A stretch of 64,000 bases of DNA, taken from positions 17,407-81,406 of the forward strand of contig JBHBZU010000024.1 in NCBI GenBank assembly GCA_041797745.1, in the 5' to 3' direction. A program made the translations under genes and the position numbers. The notes beneath the pieces are model-generated. The model had not been told where the DNA came from. It was given only the letters and a program-made list of their open reading frames with translations, and did no database searches. Source of the DNA: Bacillota bacterium. GTDB taxonomy: Bacteria > Bacillota > Clostridia > Peptostreptococcales > Anaerovoracaceae. This document shows positions 29,049-35,444 of this stretch, piece by piece; position 1 is the first letter of the stretch, and each line of letters begins with the position of its first letter.

Positions 29049-30854
29049 ATGAAACCGATAAACAAGCGTATCGCTGAATTAAGAAGATTGATGAATATGG
29101 AAAAGCTCGCCGCTTATGTGGTACCCACAGGCGATTACCATTCTTCTGAATATGCAGGAGAATATTTCAAGGAACGTGAATTTATTACAGGATTTACAGG
29201 GTCTGCAGGAGTTGCTGTTATAGGAAACAGCAGTGCGGGTCTTTGGACAGACGGAAGATACTTTTTGCAGGCGGAGGAAGAACTTGAGGATACCTGCATA
29301 AATCTTTTTAAAATGCGAAGACCCGGTGTATTAAAAGTTAGCGAATTTTTAGCCAAGACCCTTGGCAGCGGAGCTAGAATCGGGTTTGACGGAAAGACAA
29401 TTTCCGCAGAATTTGTTAATGAAATTGAAAATGAATTTTCTAAACTTGGAAAGTCTGTTAGCTTCATTCAAAAGAATCTGGTAAACGAGATTTGGGGAGA
29501 AAGACCGAAACTTTCTTGCGAAAAAGTCGAAGTTTATCCCGAAAATATGGCAGGGCGCAGTCGGGAAGAAAAGCTGCAAGCTTTGGAAAGGAAGCTTGAA
29601 GAGCTTCAAGTGGATACCTTTGTGCTTTCCACTTTAGACGATATAGCGTATCTTTTGAATATTCGAGGCAATGACGTGCAATGCAGTCCGATGGTACTTA
29701 GTTATTTTGTCATGGATGAGGGTGCAAAAATCCTTTTTGCACAGAAAGCAGCTTTTCACGGTACAGGTGAGGCGGCGAAAAAGTCTCTTGAAAAAGCAGG
29801 AGTAGAGCTTCGGGAATATGACGAAGTCTATGAATATCTAAAAGAAAATATTTCGGGAAAGAGCGTGGCAATAGACATCGAAAAGTCCAATTATGAGCTG
29901 GTACAGACTGTAGCTGAAGCAGAGGAAGTAGTGAATATTCATAATTACAGTCTTATTCCCAAATACATCAAAAATATAACAGAAATCGAAAATATGGTGT
30001 GTGCACACCTAAAAGACGGTGTGGCGGTAACAAAGTGGATATACTGGTTAAAACGCAAAATAAAGGAAGCTGATGGAGAAGCCCTTACTGAAATTTCAGT
30101 AGCGGAAAAACTTTATGAGTTTCGCAGTCAGCAGGAAAATTTTCGCGGGGAAAGCTTTGAAGCCATTATGGGCTACGGTCCTCACGGTGCTATTGTTCAC
30201 TATTGCGCTACGTCTCAAAGTAATGCGAAGTTGGAGCCTAAAGGCTTGCTTTTGGCAGATACGGGAGGGCAGTATTTAGAGGGCACTACGGATGTGACTC
30301 GTACCATTGCGCTGGGCTCTCTTTCAGAAGAGGAGAAAAAACATTATACAGGAGTTCTCTGCGGACATCTTGCCTTGCAGCAGGCTGTATTCAAGGAGGG
30401 TACTAGCGGTGCCGAACTGGATCAGCTGGCGCGGAAGCCCATACGGGCTCAAGGCTTGGACTTTAACCATGGAACCGGACACGGTGTGGGTGTTTATTTA
30501 AATTGTCATGAGGAGCCTGTGAGGATATCTTTTGGTATGGCTGATGACATTCCGAATTTTGCCGCAGGCATGATTACTTCCGATGAACCGGGGATATATA
30601 TTGAGGGGAAGCACGGTATCAGAATTGAAAATTTGCTGGTTTGCATGGAAGCAGAGACAGGAAAGGAGGGATACCTGAAGTTTGAGCCCTTGACCCTTAT
30701 CCCTTATGAAATTGAGGCTTTGGATTTGTCAATTATGGACAAGGATAGCCGCAGGGCATATAATGAATATCAGGCATTGGTTTATGAAAGGCTGTCACCA
30801 TATCTTAAAGCAGATGAGAAAGAGTGGCTGAAAGAAGCAACACGAAAAATTTGA
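29049..30854 (+). CDS. pepP: Xaa-Pro aminopeptidase (aminopeptidase P, M24B)
   Basis: About 600 aa with N-terminal creatinase/prolidase-type domains and a C-terminal pita-bread domain carrying the metal ligands (DTGGQY, HGTGHGVG, EPG, IRIEN). The start is either ATG 29049 or TTG 29034. Confidence 0.85.
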   Translation: MKPINKRIAELRRLMNMEKLAAYVVPTGDYHSSEYAGEYFKEREFITGFTGSAGVAVIGNSSAGLWTDGRYFLQAEEELEDTCINLFKMRRPGVLKVSEFLAKTLGSGARIGFDGKTISAEFVNEIENEFSKLGKSVSFIQKNLVNEIWGERPKLSCEKVEVYPENMAGRSREEKLQALERKLEELQVDTFVLSTLDDIAYLLNIRGNDVQCSPMVLSYFVMDEGAKILFAQKAAFHGTGEAAKKSLEKAGVELREYDEVYEYLKENISGKSVAIDIEKSNYELVQTVAEAEEVVNIHNYSLIPKYIKNITEIENMVCAHLKDGVAVTKWIYWLKRKIKEADGEALTEISVAEKLYEFRSQQENFRGESFEAIMGYGPHGAIVHYCATSQSNAKLEPKGLLLADTGGQYLEGTTDVTRTIALGSLSEEEKKHYTGVLCGHLALQQAVFKEGTSGAELDQLARKPIRAQGLDFNHGTGHGVGVYLNCHEEPVRISFGMADDIPNFAAGMITSDEPGIYIEGKHGIRIENLLVCMEAETGKEGYLKFEPLTLIPYEIEALDLSIMDKDSRRAYNEYQALVYERLSPYLKADEKEWLKEATRKI

Positions 30855-30925
30855 TGGCATAACGACCCCAATTTCACATAGTCGTTTCGCCATATCTACA
30901 TCTGTAAATTATAATCAGAGATATG
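30853..30925 (+). repeat. Intergenic repeat family, locus E (X-spacer-partial unit)
   Basis: GATGGCATAACGAC-CCCAATTTCACATA-GTCGTTTCGCCATATCTAC, then ATCTGTAAATTATAATCAGA, then GATATGGTACAAC. The pepP stop codon TGA (30852-30854) overlaps the first bases of the unit. Confidence 0.8.
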
Positions 30926-30973
30926 GTACAACTAAATAATATCAAGCAGAACAGAATTATTATGGGTGAAAAT

Positions 30974-32059
30974 ATGAACGAAAGAAATTTAATTTTGGTT
31001 ATAAATCCGGGTTCCACTTCCACAAAAGTGGCAATTTATGACGGGGAGAAACAACTCAGTGTTTTAGACCTTACACACAAGGCGGAAGACCTCAAAGGGT
31101 TTAATTCAATCAACGACCAGCTGGGTTTCAGAAAAGAAGCAGTTGAGAAATATCTTGCCGACAAGGGCATAAAGCCGTCAGACCTTACAGCTATTGCTTG
31201 CAGGGCAGGTGTAGTTGGAGAATTGGAGGCAGGGGCTTATGAGGTGACGGAAAAATTTCGTAATGCTTCCTTAAACTCCGACCAGCCACATCCCGCCAAT
31301 CTTTCACCGATTATAGGGTATGAGATTGCAAAGGAAGCTAACGCTACAGGCGGTAAGAACGTTAAGGCTTATATCTACGATGCGGTTTGCGGTTGTGGTA
31401 AACCGAACCCGATATATCAGCTTACGGGACTTCCTGAAATAGAAAGACCGTTCCTTACTCACGTGCTTAACTCCCGCGCGGTAGCTATTGAGCAGGCAAA
31501 GCGGGACGGAGTCAGCATTTACGACCACACCTATATAGTAGCCCACTTGGGCGGAGGTATAACAGTCAACCTTATTTGCAACGGAAAGATTTTGGATTTC
31601 GTTGGTGATGATGAGGGTTGCTTTTCACCTGAAAGAACCGGAGGCATTCCTGTAAGACCGTTGGTCAAATATTGCTATCGCAGCGGTCTTGATGAAAAGC
31701 AAATGCAGAAAAAGCTCAAGGGACAGGGTGGACTCATGGCATATCTCGGAAAGAATGATATGAGGGATGTCTACAAGATGATTGAAGCAGGAGACGAAAA
31801 GGCAAAGATTTGCGTTGAGGCAATGGCTATGCAGGTGGCGCAGGACATTGGTATGATGGCAACGGATGTATGCGGTAAGGTGGACAAAATAATCTTGACG
31901 GGAGGTATTGCCCATCAAAAGAGATTTACAGATGATGTAACCGAAAGGGTTCAGTTCATAGCTCCCGTTGCAGTCATTTCAGGAACATACGAAATGGAGG
32001 CTTTGGCAGGTGGTGTACTCAGGGTGCTTAAAGGCGAAGAAAAGGCTAAAGTTTTCTAA
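30974..32059 (+). CDS. buk: Butyrate kinase
   Basis: The ATG at 30974 gives MNERNLILVINPGSTSTKVAIYDG, a typical Buk N-terminus. ASKHA-fold blocks VAHLGGGITV and LTGGIA are present. The tracked 30923 start lies inside the repeat unit. Confidence 0.9.
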   Translation: MNERNLILVINPGSTSTKVAIYDGEKQLSVLDLTHKAEDLKGFNSINDQLGFRKEAVEKYLADKGIKPSDLTAIACRAGVVGELEAGAYEVTEKFRNASLNSDQPHPANLSPIIGYEIAKEANATGGKNVKAYIYDAVCGCGKPNPIYQLTGLPEIERPFLTHVLNSRAVAIEQAKRDGVSIYDHTYIVAHLGGGITVNLICNGKILDFVGDDEGCFSPERTGGIPVRPLVKYCYRSGLDEKQMQKKLKGQGGLMAYLGKNDMRDVYKMIEAGDEKAKICVEAMAMQVAQDIGMMATDVCGKVDKIILTGGIAHQKRFTDDVTERVQFIAPVAVISGTYEMEALAGGVLRVLKGEEKAKVF

Positions 32060-32069
32060 ATTTTAAAAT

Positions 32070-32112
32070 AAGGTGGCAGGTGTTCTTAACAGAAAACTTG
32101 CTGCCTTTTTTT
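32070..32112 (+). terminator. Probable rho-independent terminator after buk
   Basis: GGCAG ... CTGCC stem with some inner pairing, followed by TTTTTTT. Confidence 0.55.
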
Positions 32113-32170
32113 AAGGAAAATAGCTTTTAAAACATACAAGTGAAAAGAAATTAATAATAAAAGCGAGCAA

Positions 32171-32194
32171 ACGATTAAATATATGTTTAATCGT
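32171..32194. promoter_or_regulatory. Perfect 9-bp inverted repeat, candidate operator upstream of the ArsR-family gene
   Basis: ACGATTAAA-TATATG-TTTAATCGT, about 155 bp upstream of the arsR-family start codon. Confidence 0.35.
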
Positions 32195-32348
32195 AATTTA
32201 AAAGGGTAAGAAATATACATAAGAAAAAATTAGGCGGATAAAGGGAAGAAAAACGCCTTAAATATCATATCATAAACTATGAAAAGTCGAAGAAAGTCAA
32301 AGAAAATCAAGGAAAGACCACAAGCTTATATAATTTCAGGAGGATGAC

Positions 32349-32726
32349 ATGGAAATAAAACAATTACCTCATAATCATGGTGCGAATACGGAAGCACTTA
32401 TTCGTGAGAGGGAAATGGCACCGGATATAACCACATTTAAAGCGGCAGCAGATACCTTTGCTTTGCTGGGAGATGCCAGCAGGCTTAAAATCTTTTGGCT
32501 TCTGTGTCATACGGAAGAATGTGTGGCAAACATAGCTGCGGCAGTTGATATGTCGGCACCGGCAGTATCACACCATTTAAAAGCCTTAAAGAATGCTAAA
32601 ATTTTGCAGAGCCGTAAAGACGGCAAAGAGGTATATTACAAATTGGCAGATACCTATGAAGCAGATTTGCTCCATAAAGCAGCGGACAGTTTTATGAATA
32701 TTAAGTGTCCAAGTGAAGTTTTATAA
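32349..32726 (+). CDS. ArsR/SmtB family metal-responsive repressor
   Basis: 125 aa. wHTH block SAPAVSHHLKALKNAKIL. Cys/His cluster LLCHTEEC in the alpha3 region. Located upstream of HMA and P1B-ATPase genes. RBS is AGGAGG. Confidence 0.8.
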   Translation: MEIKQLPHNHGANTEALIREREMAPDITTFKAAADTFALLGDASRLKIFWLLCHTEECVANIAAAVDMSAPAVSHHLKALKNAKILQSRKDGKEVYYKLADTYEADLLHKAADSFMNIKCPSEVL

Positions 32727-32834
32727 ATAAACAAGTGAGATTTTCTAAATAAAGATCTAAATAAAGATGAGGAAGTTGGGAAATACGGAACTTGTAAAAT
32801 TCCACAAGCTAAATAGAGCTTTTACAGTGTTCTT

Positions 32835-32885
32835 ATCATAATATTTTCATAATAACCTCATCTATAAATTATATAATCAAAAAGC
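32835..32885 (+). repeat. Degenerate remnant of the intergenic repeat family (locus G)
   Basis: TTTTCATAATAACCTCATCTATAAATTATATAATCAAAAAG aligns with the X 3' arm plus spacer (TTTCATCATATCTTCATCTATAAATTATAATCAAAGA). Confidence 0.5.
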
Positions 32886-32911
32886 CCAAAAAGGTAAAGG
32901 AGAGAAAGAAA

Positions 32912-33130
32912 ATGAAAAGAAGTTATAAACTGGAAAATTTGGATTGTGCCAACTGTGCGGCAAAGATGGAAAACGCAATAAATAAGTTAGAGGGCGTAAA
33001 ATGTACAGTTACTTTTATGACTGAAAAAATTACCCTTGAGGCTGAGGATGACAAATTTGAGCAGGCACTTTCAGACGCGCAGGACATTATCAGCAGGATA
33101 GAACCGGATACAAAGATAGCAAGGCGCTAG
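32912..33130 (+). CDS. Stand-alone heavy-metal-associated (HMA) domain protein
   Basis: 72 aa with metal-binding motif LDCANCAAKMENAI. It has a ferredoxin-like HMA fold of the type usually fused to Cd/Zn ATPases. Confidence 0.8.
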   Translation: MKRSYKLENLDCANCAAKMENAINKLEGVKCTVTFMTEKITLEAEDDKFEQALSDAQDIISRIEPDTKIARR

Positions 33131-33144
33131 TTTGAGGAAAACTT

Positions 33145-35163
33145 ATGACAAGAGGACAGAAAAGAGATTTAATAAAAATTTTTATATCCCTTAGTCTCAT
33201 GGTCTTTGGAATACTGACAGAAAACCTCTTTCCTACGGAAAAGCTACCCCTTGTGACAGTGGCAGGAACGGAGATAAATTTAGGGATAGCAGCTATCTAT
33301 GTGACAGCTTACTTAACAGCAGGCTTCGAAACTTTAGGGAAAGCCCTCAATGGAATCTTGAGGGGGCAGATGCTTGATGAAAATTTTCTCATGACAATCG
33401 CGTCCATAGGCGCTTTGCTTCTTCAAGATTACAAAGAGGGCGTGGCAGTAATGCTCTTTTACAATGTAGGGGAACTTTTTGAGGACTATGCTGTAAACAA
33501 ATCAAGAAAATCTATCAAAGACCTTATGGACATCAGACCGGATTATGCAAATTTATACAATGAGCAGACAGGCGAAGTCATGGAGGTGGATCCTTACGAA
33601 GTTAAAGTGGGAGATCGGATTCAGATTAAACCGGGAGAAAGAGTCCCTTTGGATGCGAAAATATTAAAGGGAAACTCCTCCGTTCAAACAGCGGCACTGA
33701 CAGGCGAGTCCGTTCCAAGAGATTTGGGCGAGGGGGATACAATACTGTCAGGCTTCATCAATATGACAGGCGTGCTTTTGGCGGAAGTACAAAAGGACTT
33801 TGAGGAGTCCACAGCCTCTAAAATTTTAGAGTTGGTGGAACAGGCGGCGGACAGCAAGGCAGGCACCGAACGCTTCATTACTAAATTTGCCAGAATATAT
33901 ACTCCATGTGTGGTTTTTGCGGCAGCAGCTCTTGCAATAATACCGTCGGTGCTTTTCGGGGAACCCTTTGGAACTTGGAGCTACAGGGCAATGGTGTTTC
34001 TGGTAATATCCTGCCCATGCGCATTGGTAATTTCCGTACCCCTCAGCTTTTTCGGCGGCATTGGCGCAGCTTCTAAAGCAGGTATTCTTGTTAAGGGCAG
34101 CAATTTTTTAGAAGTTATGAGTCAGGTGGACACTGTTGTATTTGACAAGACAGGCACTCTTACCACAGGAGAATTTAAAGTGACGGAGGTTATTCCCGCT
34201 AAATCTGGAACCGGTACGGCAATGGAAGATGGAGAGCAGCTTTTTCGAGATGAGATTATCAATCTGGCGGCACATGCAGAATGTTTCTCACCTCATCCCA
34301 TTGCAGCTTCCATTCGCGCTGCCTACGGCAAGGAAATTCCTCAAGAAAAGCTTCGTGAGGTGGAAGATATTGCAGGTTACGGCATTCGTGCCAAAGTTAT
34401 CTCCGACAGCGATACTTTGAGAATGGCGGAAAGACAGGTATTAGTCGGCAATTTGAGATTTATGAGACAGCAGACTGATTTAATTTCCAAAGCAGCGGAG
34501 GAAGCTACCGCGGAAGCAGAAAAATCGGGAGTTACGGGCACACTGGTATATGTTGCGGTTGACGGGAAATATAGGGGACTTATTGTCATAGGTGACGAGT
34601 TGAAACGGGATACCGCCTATGCAATCAACGGACTTTTAGGAATGGGAATAGACAATATAGTCATGCTTACAGGCGACAGGCGAAAGAATGCGGAAAAGCT
34701 TGCAGGTCTTGTGGGAATCAAGGCTGAAAACGTTTACGCAGAGCTTCTCCCCGCAGATAAACTTTCAAAGGTTGAAGAAATTATTGAAAGAGGAAAAATA
34801 AACAAGGCAAACCATGCTTTAGTTTATGTGGGAGACGGCTTAAACGATGCGCCTGTGCTTGCAAGGGCAGATGTGGGCATTGCCATGGGGAGTTTAGGTT
34901 CAGACGCAGCTATAGACGCGGCAGACGCAGTTATTATGACGGATGAGCCATCGAAACTGTTGACTCTTTTTGCTATTTCTAAAAAAACTTTAGGCATTGC
35001 AAAGGAAAATATAGCATTTGCACTAATTATAAAGTTTCTTGTGTTAGCTCTGGGGGCTGTGGGCTTGGCAGGAATGTGGGCGGCAGTTTTTGCTGATGTA
35101 GGAGTGTCTATGTTGGCAATATTAAATTCTATGCGAACTTTGAATCTGAGAGATATGGTCTAA
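33145..35163 (+). CDS. cadA: Heavy-metal translocating P1B-type ATPase (Cd/Zn/Co type), lacking an N-terminal HMA domain
   Basis: Motifs: CPC in TM6 (VISCPCALVIS), DKTGTLT phosphorylation site, TGES-like LTGESVP, GDGLNDAP hinge. The last codons and the stop lie inside repeat unit X1 of locus C. Confidence 0.9.
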   Translation: MTRGQKRDLIKIFISLSLMVFGILTENLFPTEKLPLVTVAGTEINLGIAAIYVTAYLTAGFETLGKALNGILRGQMLDENFLMTIASIGALLLQDYKEGVAVMLFYNVGELFEDYAVNKSRKSIKDLMDIRPDYANLYNEQTGEVMEVDPYEVKVGDRIQIKPGERVPLDAKILKGNSSVQTAALTGESVPRDLGEGDTILSGFINMTGVLLAEVQKDFEESTASKILELVEQAADSKAGTERFITKFARIYTPCVVFAAAALAIIPSVLFGEPFGTWSYRAMVFLVISCPCALVISVPLSFFGGIGAASKAGILVKGSNFLEVMSQVDTVVFDKTGTLTTGEFKVTEVIPAKSGTGTAMEDGEQLFRDEIINLAAHAECFSPHPIAASIRAAYGKEIPQEKLREVEDIAGYGIRAKVISDSDTLRMAERQVLVGNLRFMRQQTDLISKAAEEATAEAEKSGVTGTLVYVAVDGKYRGLIVIGDELKRDTAYAINGLLGMGIDNIVMLTGDRRKNAEKLAGLVGIKAENVYAELLPADKLSKVEEIIERGKINKANHALVYVGDGLNDAPVLARADVGIAMGSLGSDAAIDAADAVIMTDEPSKLLTLFAISKKTLGIAKENIAFALIIKFLVLALGAVGLAGMWAAVFADVGVSMLAILNSMRTLNLRDMV

Positions 35164-35425
35164 TGACCCCATTTTGCATAGTCATTTCACCATATCTTCA
35201 TTTGAAAATTATGATGGGAGATATGGTATAATAACTCCAAGTTGCATAGCTATTTCACCATATCTTCCTCTGTAAAATATACAATAAAAGATATGGTCTA
35301 ATGAATGCAAAAGCAGTCATTAGACCAAAATCATATAGCTGTGCGAATATTTTGCTTCGTAAACTTCGGCAAAATCGCACATGGCTGAATTAGACCATGT
35401 AAACAAGGTCTAATAACCCAAACAA
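35152..35425 (+). repeat. Intergenic repeat family, locus C (X-spacer-X-spacer-Y-Z-W-partial X)
   Basis: X1 35152-35199, X2 35220-35268, Y 35290-35326, Z 35327-35399, W 35390-35413, then a truncated X that runs into the RBS of the next gene. This locus uses the GGTCTAAT variant in place of GATATAAT in all its modules. Confidence 0.9.
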
Positions 35426-35444
35426 TGACAGGAGGGCGAAGAAT

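Noticed and set aside
35152-35425. Possible CRISPR array, because repeated units of about 48 bp are separated by spacers of about 20 bp.
   Set aside because: The spacers themselves are conserved between loci (TCATCTATAAATTATAATCAAA-like). The repeats are strongly palindromic and variable. Arrays contain only 2-3 units, and no cas genes or leader are present.
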